A DNA stretch of 64,000 nt from Polyangiaceae bacterium (GTDB taxonomy: Bacteria; Myxococcota_A; Polyangia; Polyangiales; Polyangiaceae), in contig JBNKBE010000008.1 of the NCBI GenBank assembly GCA_050287085.1, forward strand, positions 169,448 to 233,447, in the 5' to 3' direction. Position 1 is the stretch's first letter. Every line of letters starts with the position of its first letter. The translations under genes were made by a program, and so were the position numbers. The notes under the pieces were generated by a model. That model was given only the letters and a program-made list of their open reading frames with translations, did no database searches and was not told the origin of the DNA. Of this stretch, positions 26,706 through 36,096 are shown piece by piece.

Positions 26706-28244
26706 ATGGCAGAGAATACCTGGCTTAGAGGACGTTTCCCGTGGGTATTGGGGCTCTCGCTGGCATTGCATTTGCTGCTGACTCCCGTTGCCAGCCTACT
26801 CGGCTTGATTTCTCTGTTGGGCCCCGCGCCGCCCGCGCCGTCCCTCGATGAGGAGATCTTCGAAGAAATTCCGATTGAGCTATTTGAAGGCCCACTCGAG
26901 CGGGCCACGACCTTGCCCGACGAAGATCCGGTGGAATTGGTCGAGCAGCTGTTCGAGCCTGAGCCGGACGCCATCTCAGCTCGGGAGACGCCGAAAGCGG
27001 AAGCCCCCGCGGAGAGACCGAGAACAAGCCCAGCGCCCTCATCGCCGGAGCCCAAGAGGGAACCGCCGCCCGCTGCGTCGAGCACTGTCCCCCCTGCGCC
27101 GAGTGCCACCGCACCTCCGCCGAGTGCCACCGCACCGCCCAGTCCACCCGCCAAGGCCGGACCCGAAGAGAAGCGGTCACAAGTCAATCCGATAGCGCTC
27201 CGCGGCAAGACTGCCAAAGCGGTTGACCAGAAGGCATACGTGGGCCTTGTGGTCTACATGGACAGGGTTCGCTCACACCCTGCCGGCAAGAAGATCGGCG
27301 CCCTGCTGCCGCAGCTACCCCAATGGCGGGATTTCTTCCGGGCCAGCGGGCTCGATCCGGTGCAGGATTTCGAGCGGCTCCACGTAGTCGGCCCGAGCTT
27401 CACGAACTCGAGCCAGGTGATAGCCCAGCTCGAGTATCGCACGAGCACCGAGCGGGTCGTCAGCGCCGTGGATCAACTGGTCCGGCGCAGTGGCGGGCGA
27501 TGGGTGAGTCGCGCGCCTCCAGTGGCGCGAGCCTACGCAGATCGGGCGGAACGCAGTTTCATCGTGCGAGCGCCCAACGCGGTCGTGGTCGCCCCGCCCA
27601 AGTTGGAAGAGCGGCTGCTGGCAGCGGGACGACCTGAGATTGCCGAGCCGGAGAGCGACGAGGCCGTCGTTGCGCGCATCGAGAAGCCACATGCGCCTTT
27701 TGCCCGCTTGGGGGTTATGCTGCCGCAATCGCTAGAGTCGATCACGCTTTGGCTTTACCCGCGAGCGCAAGGTGCCGTCGAGATCTACGCGGAGGGGCGA
27801 GATCATTCCGCCGCTGAAGCCCGAGAGCACGCTTTCGGACTCGAGCAACAGCTTAACGGCGCGCTTGCGGTGGTCTCAAATCTGTCGAGCTTCTTTGGTC
27901 GCATCGGGTTCGGCGGCGGCGTCACGTTTCCCCAGATCAAGCTGAGCGCCAAGGGCCGGGTCATTCAAGGTCGCGTTCGACTGGACGCTGGCCAGGTGGA
28001 CTTTGTGCTCGCCCGACTGGAGCGCCAACTCACGTTGCGGGCTCGGGCGCTGGACGCTCGGGCGGCAGCGGCCAGCGCCGCATCTGCGAGGGCCCCCACT
28101 CAGCTGGAGGCGGCGGGCGGGGGCGCCGCTCGAGGCACACCTACTCAGCCGGAGGCAGCGCCCACGCCGAGAGCCAAGACCCGCCAGGACCCGCCGCCGT
28201 CCTCAAGCGGTGGACCAGGGCCCGCCTCACCCCCAGCACCCTAG
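26706..28244 (+). CDS. Hypothetical membrane-anchored Pro-rich protein
   Basis: N-terminal TM (LGLSLALHLLL, TonB-anchor-like SxxxH), Pro/Glu linker, globular C-terminal domain. Confidence 0.65.
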   Translation: MAENTWLRGRFPWVLGLSLALHLLLTPVASLLGLISLLGPAPPAPSLDEEIFEEIPIELFEGPLERATTLPDEDPVELVEQLFEPEPDAISARETPKAEAPAERPRTSPAPSSPEPKREPPPAASSTVPPAPSATAPPPSATAPPSPPAKAGPEEKRSQVNPIALRGKTAKAVDQKAYVGLVVYMDRVRSHPAGKKIGALLPQLPQWRDFFRASGLDPVQDFERLHVVGPSFTNSSQVIAQLEYRTSTERVVSAVDQLVRRSGGRWVSRAPPVARAYADRAERSFIVRAPNAVVVAPPKLEERLLAAGRPEIAEPESDEAVVARIEKPHAPFARLGVMLPQSLESITLWLYPRAQGAVEIYAEGRDHSAAEAREHAFGLEQQLNGALAVVSNLSSFFGRIGFGGGVTFPQIKLSAKGRVIQGRVRLDAGQVDFVLARLERQLTLRARALDARAAAASAASARAPTQLEAAGGGAARGTPTQPEAAPTPRAKTRQDPPPSSSGGPGPASPPAP

Positions 28245-28321
28245 GTGGTTTCTGCGGCAAGTGGCTCGGCGTGTGCGCAAGGCCGTTTCCGAGCTTAGGA
28301 CAGCCCCCAGCCGCGTGAGAA

Positions 28322-29491
28322 CTAGTAGCGAGAGAAACCGCGCAGCTCAGCGAGGCGCTCAAGAGCCAAGCGCGCCCGCTGCTGATCGACTCGCGCGAGT
28401 CCGAAGCGACCAGCGCGTACGGCGCTGAGCTCCACGCGCACCTGGGGGCTGCGCAGCGAGAAGAAATGCGTCAGCAAGAAGTCGAGGCCAACACCCGCTG
28501 CCAGCGCAAGCAGGCCCATCGATAGGAGGCTGGGTGAACCGCCCGGGGTGCGGAGACTATCGCTCACCCAGGCCACGCCGAGATAGCTGCCGACGGCGAG
28601 TGAGAACAGGCCAGCGTACAAGCCAAACCCCGCGTAGCGGGTTTCAACACGGATGCTCCTGAGCTCGGTCAGGGGAATGAAGCGACGACTTTCGCGAACG
28701 CGCTGACCCAGGAATGTCCGGGTCTCGAGCAGCTCTGCACCTCGCGGCGTGAAGGACCACCGTCCTTCACAACGTCGTTGCAACGCGTAGCGCGCAACGA
28801 GCCTGATGAGTGCGCTCACCAGCAGCAGTCCCGTGGCGGCAAGGAGGATCAGCTCGAGGGGGCGCCGCGGGTGAAAAGGTTCACCGACTAGTGGCCCCGC
28901 GCCTGTGGCGTATTGCGACAGAACGCTCAACGCGACGGGGTCGGTCACCTCGAGCAGCGCGTTTTGGCAGACGTGCTGGGCCTCCAGGCTGGAGCCGCGC
29001 AGCAGCGCGAAGAGAGCGATCAGCTGCTCGCCGCGGTGGCGATCGCCCTCGTTCAACGTGGCGCCGAGCAGACTCCAGAGGGCGCTGCGCCCGTCGGCAT
29101 CGAGCAGCGAGTCCAGATACAGCCAAGGATCCAGCCCGGTATGGGTTGCGAGCCACAGAAGCTCCCCGAGAAGCTCGGGATGCAGTGCGGAATCCTGCCA
29201 CAGCCCGGCGTAGCCAGCGGCTGACAGCGCGGAGACCAGCTGCCACTCGTCCGCCCCCTTGGGGCCCACGTCCACGATCTGTAGCAGATTTCCGAAGGGC
29301 GTTTCGGCGTCTTCGACGGGCAGCGGCGGAAGGGGGTCCACGGCGCTTTCCGCGACCGCAGACCCCGTCAAGACCTCGGGCTGTCGCGACGCGAAGGCAG
29401 CGCGCACAACCCCCAGCGCGCGCGCTGATAAGCTCTCCCAATGGGGGCTTGGGGTGAGCTTCTGCAGCACCTCCTCCGGCGTCGCGGGCAT
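28322..29491 (-). CDS. Hypothetical membrane protein
   Basis: 389-aa ORF with a helical N-domain and three C-terminal TM segments. Confidence 0.65.
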   Translation of the reverse strand: MPATPEEVLQKLTPSPHWESLSARALGVVRAAFASRQPEVLTGSAVAESAVDPLPPLPVEDAETPFGNLLQIVDVGPKGADEWQLVSALSAAGYAGLWQDSALHPELLGELLWLATHTGLDPWLYLDSLLDADGRSALWSLLGATLNEGDRHRGEQLIALFALLRGSSLEAQHVCQNALLEVTDPVALSVLSQYATGAGPLVGEPFHPRRPLELILLAATGLLLVSALIRLVARYALQRRCEGRWSFTPRGAELLETRTFLGQRVRESRRFIPLTELRSIRVETRYAGFGLYAGLFSLAVGSYLGVAWVSDSLRTPGGSPSLLSMGLLALAAGVGLDFLLTHFFSLRSPQVRVELSAVRAGRFGLARVDQQRARLALERLAELRGFSRY

Positions 29492-29547
29492 CGGGCACTC
29501 GTTAATGAATGCCGCGACGTTGGGGAAGAGAATCAGAGCGCCGCGGC

Positions 29548-29958
29548 TCAGATCCAGAGCGGATCGTCGTGAGAACGAGTGGCCGGCCCTGGGATTTCTG
29601 AGACCCTAGGAGCTGTGATGCGGTTGCTCTCGTCGACAAAGACGACCGTGGGCTGGTGGCTACGAGCAACGCTATCGTCAACTTCTGCGAAGGTTGCAAT
29701 GATGACCAGATCGCCCACGCCGTTGAGATGGGCGGCGGCGCCGTTGAGGCATACCACCCCCGACCCAGCCTCGCCCTCGAGGGCGTAGGTCTGCAGCCGT
29801 GTACCGCGGCTAACGTTCCAGACATGTACGGCTTCGTAGGGCAGGATGTCTGCGGCCTCGAGTAGCTCCCGGTCGATGGTTACGCTGCCTTCGTAGTGAA
29901 GGTCGGCGTGAGTGACCGTAGCTCGATGTATTTTGCTCTTGAATACGTTTCGTTTCAT
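29548..29958 (-). CDS. panD: Aspartate 1-decarboxylase
   Basis: [22 protein letters not shown] (G-S cleavage site), TYA, NGAAA. Confidence 0.97.
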   Translation of the reverse strand: MKRNVFKSKIHRATVTHADLHYEGSVTIDRELLEAADILPYEAVHVWNVSRGTRLQTYALEGEAGSGVVCLNGAAAHLNGVGDLVIIATFAEVDDSVARSHQPTVVFVDESNRITAPRVSEIPGPATRSHDDPLWI

Positions 29959-30178
29959 CTAGCTCACCCGTTGCGTACCTGGCGGCCCGGCTCGGGTCCG
30001 CTGGTCGTCACGAGTCATATACGGTCAAGTTCCTCCGGTTTCAACTGCTGCTATCACCCCCGGGGCGCAGAAAAAACGAGCGGGGAGGGCGTGCGCCGCG
30101 CCCCCTGGGTGAGCTCGGCCTCCATGCAATAGTTGGCCCAATTGGGCGAGCCGGGCTAGCGCGCGAGCTGGAGGTGTC

Positions 30179-30448
30179 ATGATGCCGACCGACAAGCGCA
30201 AAGAAACCAAACAACGCCTACTGGATGAGCTCGGGGATCGGCTCGTGGACTTCTTCACTCAGCAGCGCTTCGGCGGTGACGGGCCTTCGCTCGCCCGCGC
30301 CCACGGCTTCGTGGACGGATGCATGCGGATCCTGCTGGATTCGGGCCTCGTCACCAAGCGCGAGCTGCTAGCTCTGGTGGCCGAAAAGCGCGAGCTCGTG
30401 GACGGCCCGGCGAAACGGGTGGATGCGGCGGCGGTCCAGGCCGCCTAG
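30179..30448 (+). CDS. Small hypothetical protein
   Basis: GGAGG RBS upstream; compact helical 89-aa ORF (ARAHGFVDGCMR.LLDSGLVTKRELL). Confidence 0.65.
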   Translation: MMPTDKRKETKQRLLDELGDRLVDFFTQQRFGGDGPSLARAHGFVDGCMRILLDSGLVTKRELLALVAEKRELVDGPAKRVDAAAVQAA

Positions 30449-31299
30449 GGGGCGGCGTCCCCGAGTAGCCACGAAAGCTCAGCCCGCTTTGAGGGGGCCA
30501 TGGCGCTTGGGGCTGTGATCAACGCGTTCTCCAGGGCCCGATAGGCTGGGCTATGAGTCGGATCCGGCAGGTTCGGTACCAACGCTGCGATGGATTTTTG
30601 GGCGGCCTCAGCGTTGTCCCGGAGCACCGCTAGCACCTGTGCGACGTCCACGTCTGCTTCGCTTTCGTGCCAGCAGTCGTAGTCGGTGACGAATGCTAGC
30701 AGCGCGTAGGGCAGCTGCGCTTCCCGGGCTAGCCGCGCCTCGGGCAGCGCGGTCATACCGATCACCGCGGCCCCGAAGCTTCGGTACCAGTGGCTTTCCG
30801 CCCGCGTCGAGAACTGCGGACCTTCAATGCAGACGTAGGTTCCCCCCGGGTGGGTTACGAGCCCGGCGGAGCGCGTAGCGTCCGCCGCCGCAGTCCTCAG
30901 CGCAGCACACGTTGGGTCGGCAAAGCCGACGTGGGCCACCACCCCCTCCCCGAAGAAGGAGCTGGGACGGCCCCGGGTCAGGTCGATGAACTGATCCGGC
31001 AGCAGGACCTGTCCAGGTGCAATGTCCTCGCGCAGCGAGCCGACCGCCGAAACGCTCAAGAGCTGTGTGGCTCCCAGCTGCTTCAGGGCGCAAATATTCG
31101 CTCGTGCATTCAACTCACCCGGAGCGATGTGATGCCCCACGCCATGGCGGGGCAGAAACAGCACTTCGGTATCGCCCAGTCGCCCGCTGAGGATGACGTC
31201 GCTGGGCGCGCCATAGGGCGTTGAGACCGCATGACGCTGAACGTCGCAGAGTCCAGGAATTTGGTAGAGGCCACTGCCTCCAATCACAGCAAGTTTCAC
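30445..31299 (-). CDS. mtnP: S-methyl-5'-thioadenosine phosphorylase
   Basis: IGGSGLY, TPYGAPS, LPRHG, SAVGSL, EGPQFSTRAES, GMT, VTDYDCW. Confidence 0.95.
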   Translation of the reverse strand: MKLAVIGGSGLYQIPGLCDVQRHAVSTPYGAPSDVILSGRLGDTEVLFLPRHGVGHHIAPGELNARANICALKQLGATQLLSVSAVGSLREDIAPGQVLLPDQFIDLTRGRPSSFFGEGVVAHVGFADPTCAALRTAAADATRSAGLVTHPGGTYVCIEGPQFSTRAESHWYRSFGAAVIGMTALPEARLAREAQLPYALLAFVTDYDCWHESEADVDVAQVLAVLRDNAEAAQKSIAALVPNLPDPTHSPAYRALENALITAPSAMAPSKRAELSWLLGDAAP

Positions 31300-31322
31300 G
31301 GCTACCCGGAGCAGTTGAGGGG

Positions 31323-31979
31323 TTAAGACGGTTCGGCGCGAGGAGGGGGCAACGTGCCCCCGAAGCCACGGTCAGCGGCGAGCAAGGACTCGGCCCGATG
31401 CGCCGAGCGGCGGATGCGACACTCCTCGGCAAGAAGGATCGACGTCAGCTGTTGCGCCGCTGCCTCGAGGTCGTCGTTCTCGATGAGATAATCAAAGAAG
31501 CGGTAGTGTTCGATCTCCCCGCGCGCGTTGCGGAAACGACGCTGCACGGTGGCCTCATCCTCGCTTGCTCGGCCCCGCAGGCGTTCTTCGAGGATACGCA
31601 TGCTGGGGGGCAGAATGAAGACCCCCACCGCGTCGGGGCAGGCCGCTTTGATTTGTCGCGCTCCCTGGTAGTCCACGTCGAAAAGCAGACAGCGAGCGGC
31701 GTGTGCTGCCTCGATTTCGGTGCGTGACGTGCCGTACAGATTGCCGTGCACCTGGGCCCACTCGAGAAATACGTCTTGTTCGATCAGCTGACGAAACTGC
31801 GAGTGACTCACGAAGTGGTATTCGCGACCGTCCACTTCGCCTGCCCGCGGCGGACGGGTTGTATGGGAGACGCTGAAGCGGACGCCGGGAATGTGCTTTC
31901 GCAGAGCGCCGGTCAGGGTTGTCTTGCCCGCACCGGAAGGTGACGACACGATCAGCAGCACGGGTTCCTTATTCGACAT
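31323..31979 (-). CDS. gmk: Guanylate kinase
   Basis: SSPSGAGKTT, SVSHTTRPPRAGEVDGREYHF, VHGNLYGT. Confidence 0.97.
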   Translation of the reverse strand: MSNKEPVLLIVSSPSGAGKTTLTGALRKHIPGVRFSVSHTTRPPRAGEVDGREYHFVSHSQFRQLIEQDVFLEWAQVHGNLYGTSRTEIEAAHAARCLLFDVDYQGARQIKAACPDAVGVFILPPSMRILEERLRGRASEDEATVQRRFRNARGEIEHYRFFDYLIENDDLEAAAQQLTSILLAEECRIRRSAHRAESLLAADRGFGGTLPPPRAEPS

Positions 31980-32856
31980 TTTGCACTTGCTCCCGAAGCT
32001 TCTCCACGGCGGCCTTCAAGTCGACCACAGCGCTGGTCAAGTCCACGGCTTGACACTTGGCGCCGATCGTATTGGCTTCACGCCCGATTTCCTGGAGTAG
32101 GAAGTCGAGTCGCCGGCCCACGGGTTCTGCCTGCTGAAGCAGATCCTCGAACTGAGCGAAGTGGCTGTCCAATCGAGCCAATTCCTCCGCTACGTCGGCC
32201 CGCTCACACAACAACGCGATCTCCGTCTCGAGCCGCCCTTCGCTGAGCGCTAGGTGGGCGTCGGCCACGCAGGCGCGAACGCGCTCTCGCAGCCGGCTGC
32301 GGTGGTAGTCTGCGAGTCTCGAGGACTCTTGTGCGATGCGCATCCGGGCGCCGCGCGCGGATGCGAGCAGCGCCACGAGCTCAGCTTCCAGCCCACTGCC
32401 TTCACGCTGCCGCATCGCGTCCAGCTGCTCGAAAGCCGCGTCCAACGCTGCCACCAGCGTGGGACGAATCGTTTCGACGCCGCGCCGTTGAGCGCTTCCG
32501 AAAATGTCGGGCCAGGAAGCCAAGAGCGAGAGGGGCACATCTTGTTCCGGCGCCAGTCGATCCCGCAGCGCGGTGAGCGCCCGGTAGTGGTGTTCAGCTC
32601 GCTCCAGATCCAACTCAGCGCCGCCCGCGAGCGTCGATTCGAACCGGAGCTGAATGTCTACCCGTCCACGCGTGAGGCGTCGGCGACAGTGTTGCTCCAC
32701 GAAGAACGCGTGATCACCCAGCTCGCTGGCGAGCTTGACACGCACCTCAACGAAGCGGTGGTTGAGCGAGCGCACCTCGGCCACCACCGTCTCGCCGCCG
32801 GACCCACCCGGCGCTAGCGAGGCGCGGCCGACGCCAAACCCAGTCATGCTCCGCAA
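31969..32856 (-). CDS. yicC: YicC/YloC family endoribonuclease
   Basis: SMTGFG, SLNHRF, EELARLDSH, GRRLDFLLQE..REANTIGAK, REQVQNVE. Confidence 0.95.
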   Translation of the reverse strand: MRSMTGFGVGRASLAPGGSGGETVVAEVRSLNHRFVEVRVKLASELGDHAFFVEQHCRRRLTRGRVDIQLRFESTLAGGAELDLERAEHHYRALTALRDRLAPEQDVPLSLLASWPDIFGSAQRRGVETIRPTLVAALDAAFEQLDAMRQREGSGLEAELVALLASARGARMRIAQESSRLADYHRSRLRERVRACVADAHLALSEGRLETEIALLCERADVAEELARLDSHFAQFEDLLQQAEPVGRRLDFLLQEIGREANTIGAKCQAVDLTSAVVDLKAAVEKLREQVQNVE

Positions 32857-32859
32857 GGC

Positions 32860-33369
32860 TCAGAGCCCCTTGCGGCGTCGGACGTCTTCCAAGATGCGTT
32901 GGTACTCCACCTCCCAGGCGGCGGAGCCCTCTTGCATATGCTTCATGCGACTGCGAACGGCCGTGTCCACCTCGCCCTCGGAGTTGAGCACGCGGCGGAG
33001 TGGTTCGCGCAGCAAACGGCGCAGTCGATGATCCGGAGCGTAGATTTCGTCGACGTTGTGCGAGTGCATGAGAAACTCGATCAACTGATCGACAATGTAG
33101 TCGATGGCCTCTTCACCCAGCTTGAACTTGCGTTGTTCTGCGAGTTGCCGCTTCATGCGCCCGAGCTGACTGCTCGGCGCCGCCTGCCGCTGCATCATCT
33201 CCCGCGCACGCTCCGTGAGCGCCTGCTCATCGCGAATGTACTGGTTGATGACCGCTTCGAGATCGCGTTCCACCTCGCGAGGCGTTTCCGTCTCAATGTC
33301 GTTGTGCTCCACGAGCGCTCGGAACATCTCTTGGGCGAGGCTAGCTGCGCGGGACTTGGGGATTCTCAT
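32860..33369 (-). CDS. DUF507 family protein
   Basis: Helical protein ending EGSAAWEVEYQR...RRKGL; upstream of yicC. Confidence 0.75.
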   Translation of the reverse strand: MRIPKSRAASLAQEMFRALVEHNDIETETPREVERDLEAVINQYIRDEQALTERAREMMQRQAAPSSQLGRMKRQLAEQRKFKLGEEAIDYIVDQLIEFLMHSHNVDEIYAPDHRLRRLLREPLRRVLNSEGEVDTAVRSRMKHMQEGSAAWEVEYQRILEDVRRRKGL

Positions 33370-33518
33370 ACCCGCAGAGAAGTACCGTGCCGCAGGCGTC
33401 AGGGAAAGTCCGAAAAGCCCTTTCTGCACAGCTTGGTGGGTGAGAACGCGGCTGCCTCGAGATCCCTTTCATCCGAAGCGAACGGCCCCTCGAGCCGGGC
33501 AAAGCGAAAGTGTCGAGG

Positions 33519-34589
33519 TCAGCCGTCTGGTGCACGCGGATCGCGCTCGGGGCGAGCGCCGAGTCGCAGTCGTCGCAGGACAGCTTCGCGTTGGCGCTCC
33601 TTGTAGGCCTGGTGGTTGGCGGCTCCCGTTTCGTTGGCGGCTTCGGTGTCGGCGTCGAGCAGCTGAACCTCACACAACATGTAGACCACCTTCCCCAGGG
33701 GGGCGGAGCCGGGTGGGGCAAGCTCCATCAAGTGTCGAGGTACTCGGACCGGCACGTCGGTGATGAACTGAATCGTGCGATACTCGGCCGCACTGAAACG
33801 GTTGTCACCGCCGGGGGGCTGCTCGTCGGGGCGCCCCTGAAACTGCTCCATGAGCTGGCTCAGATGGGGATCTTCGCGACAGGTGCGGTCAAAGTTGAAA
33901 ATCGTGTTGGTGCTTTGACCGGGCACAACGTAGTTGAACGGAAAAACGCGCTCCGAGAGATAAAGCAACACCGGCATGATGTCGCTCTGACGTTCGGTCA
34001 CGATTCGAAAACGCAGCTTGTCGTAGATCGCCCCGGCGGTCGACTCGGGTTTGCTGAGCAACTTGGTGTACGTGGAATCGAGATTCTTGCGGCCGCCAAG
34101 AAACTCGCTGATACCAAGCCCCGCCGACAGCATCTCACCGACGACCCGATACACCTTCTCTTCCACCAAGTGGAAGAGATCTCGGTCGGCAACCGGCAGG
34201 CGAAACAGCAACTCACGTCCCGCCATGTGGTGGATGATCTGCATCACCTTGAGAATGGAGCACGCGCACTGTTGGCGGTGACCGTCACCGCGCGAGGCGA
34301 GCAACGCCAGCTCCACGAAGCTCGTCTGCTCCACCGGTTTCGGAATGGACGAATTGAAGTTGCGACGCAGGTAGTCAACGGCTTGCCGTTGTACGTGCGC
34401 CAAGTACTCACAATCCGCGGGCTGAGCGAGATCGAAGTCGTGGTTGGCGAGGAAGCGCTCAACGTCCGACGCGGAGCCGAAGTTAAGACGGTGCCAATCG
34501 ATCGTCGAGCCGCCGCGGAGTATCAGGCGGACCGTCTCGAGATCGTGGAGCGAGAAGTCAGCAAGCGCTTTGAGCTGCGCGGAGGCCAC
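33519..34589 (-). CDS. TIGR04552-type protein with RelA/SpoT-synthetase-like nucleotidyltransferase motifs
   Basis: LRGGSTIDWHRL, CACSILKVMQIIHH, RKNLDSTYTKLLSK, IYDKLRFRIV, FPFNYVVPGQS.N, YRTIQF, EVQL, NHQAYKERQ. Confidence 0.8.
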   Translation of the reverse strand: MASAQLKALADFSLHDLETVRLILRGGSTIDWHRLNFGSASDVERFLANHDFDLAQPADCEYLAHVQRQAVDYLRRNFNSSIPKPVEQTSFVELALLASRGDGHRQQCACSILKVMQIIHHMAGRELLFRLPVADRDLFHLVEEKVYRVVGEMLSAGLGISEFLGGRKNLDSTYTKLLSKPESTAGAIYDKLRFRIVTERQSDIMPVLLYLSERVFPFNYVVPGQSTNTIFNFDRTCREDPHLSQLMEQFQGRPDEQPPGGDNRFSAAEYRTIQFITDVPVRVPRHLMELAPPGSAPLGKVVYMLCEVQLLDADTEAANETGAANHQAYKERQREAVLRRLRLGARPERDPRAPDG

Positions 34590-34594
34590 TGAGA

Positions 34595-34768
34595 TCAGCC
34601 ATGGCCCGTCGTCGTAGCATCGCCCGAACGCGGACTACGCAGCGACAGGGTTCCGAAGAAGATACCGAAGGTGAGACCCAACACGAGCAACTGCGCCCCG
34701 TACTGTTCACGCGCAAGCAGAAGAGAAAGAGGCAGGAGCGCAGCGAGGTACCAAGGGTTCAGCTTCAT
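34595..34768 (-). CDS. Putative 57-aa two-TM membrane microprotein (not in the ORF track)
   Basis: ATG 34768 to TGA 34595: MKLNPWYLAALLPLSLLLAREQYGAQLLVLGLTFGIFFGTLSLRSPRSGDATTTGHG; ends 5 nt before the next gene. Confidence 0.5.
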   Translation of the reverse strand: MKLNPWYLAALLPLSLLLAREQYGAQLLVLGLTFGIFFGTLSLRSPRSGDATTTGHG

Positions 34769-34942
34769 ATCGTTATGTGACTCCGGTGCACCGAAACGCG
34801 ATGTAGGTCATGCTCCCACAACCACTTGTCCGGGGCCAAGTGTTAGCCTCAGGCGAGAGTCGATTGCAAGTCTCGGACGAAGCGGCACAGGCCTCGCGCG
34901 GAACTAACGGCTTGCAGGCCGTTTGCTTGAGTGGGGGTGGGT

Positions 34943-35299
34943 TCAATGAGACAGCGTGGCTGGCTTGGTCACGGGCAGAACAACCTCGTTTCCGGTCAGC
35001 TCGAAGCGCCGCGTCAACTCGGTGTGCGTGGACTCTATCTCGAGTATGATCCGGCACTCAGCCGGGCCAGATTGGGCTGTGATACGGTGGCGTAGGGCGC
35101 CGTCCACGGGGGCGTGCCAAGACACGCCACTGCGGTGCTCACCAGGCCACGAGCAGTTCAGATGCACAGCATCCGGCTGAACACCCGGCGGCAAGCGCAA
35201 CACGAGTGTTCGTTCGCTGGGGAGTCGAGAGCGGGCCATGAGCAGCCCTGCGATCCCGGCCAGCACGAGAAGAAGGCGGCCCCAAGCGGGGAGCCTCAC
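34943..35299 (-). CDS. Hypothetical exported or membrane-anchored small protein
   Basis: N-terminal hydrophobic helix and beta-rich domain with two Cys; GTGA overlap with the cytochrome c gene. Confidence 0.6.
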   Translation of the reverse strand: MRLPAWGRLLLVLAGIAGLLMARSRLPSERTLVLRLPPGVQPDAVHLNCSWPGEHRSGVSWHAPVDGALRHRITAQSGPAECRIILEIESTHTELTRRFELTGNEVVLPVTKPATLSH

Positions 35300-35926
35300 T
35301 CGACCGCGGCGGCCCCGCCGCGGCTTGGCTTCTGGGCGCCAGTGCCGCCGCCCCCGGTTCCATTGGTGTCGCTCTTCGCGCTTGCCGTACCTCCCCGGCG
35401 CGGGGCAAAGCCGCGCTGCTGGCGACCGAACTCGCCCAGGCGCCGGATCAGAAGCACCAGCTTCTTGGCGGTTGCCTCGGGCAGGGCAAAAGCGGGCATC
35501 TTATTCTTGCCCTGTTGGATCGACGTCAGCAGTTGCTCATCGCTCACCGAATCTTGGAATTGGGGATCGGTCAAGTCTCGAGGCTGAAACATCGCAGCTT
35601 GGGGGCCATCGCCTTGCCCGAGGCGCCCGTGGCACAACACGCATTTGGTCTGCCAGGTGGTGAGCGACACTTCGTCGAGCCCGCCCTCCCGCTCTTTTGC
35701 GTCGCCGCTCGTCTGCCCTTTTTCGGCCGCAGCGCTTTCCCCGGTGTTGGTGTGGTCGGATGGCTGCCAGGGTCTGATATCAGCCGGGGTGCTCTGGCAC
35801 GACCAGACGCAAGCGATGCCGAAGGCACACGCGATGCCACGGACACCAGCGATGCCACGAATACCAGCGATGCCACGAAACGGAGCGGCGAAGCCGCGAG
35901 CGAGCTGGCGTTTCGTTTTTGCGCAC
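35296..35926 (-). CDS. Monoheme cytochrome c lipoprotein, start unresolved (possible frameshift)
   Basis: CVLCH heme motif and distal Met in GKNKMPAF. The frame stays open upstream through WSC-QSTPADIRPWQPSDH but has no ATG/GTG/TTG; the GTG at 35926 is one base out of frame. Confidence 0.75.
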
Positions 35927-36096
35927 GCCGCGTTGAGGCGCGTCAGGGGAGCGCGCCCCGGAAGCTACGCATGCCCGGGCGGCTGCCGGTTGGAGGCCAG
36001 GACTGCCCGCCGGGCGCGGGGCGGAAGTGTAGGCAAGAGGACCCATGGATAGCGCCCAATACCATGGGTTTGGCTGCTAGGCTACCGCGGGCGTGG

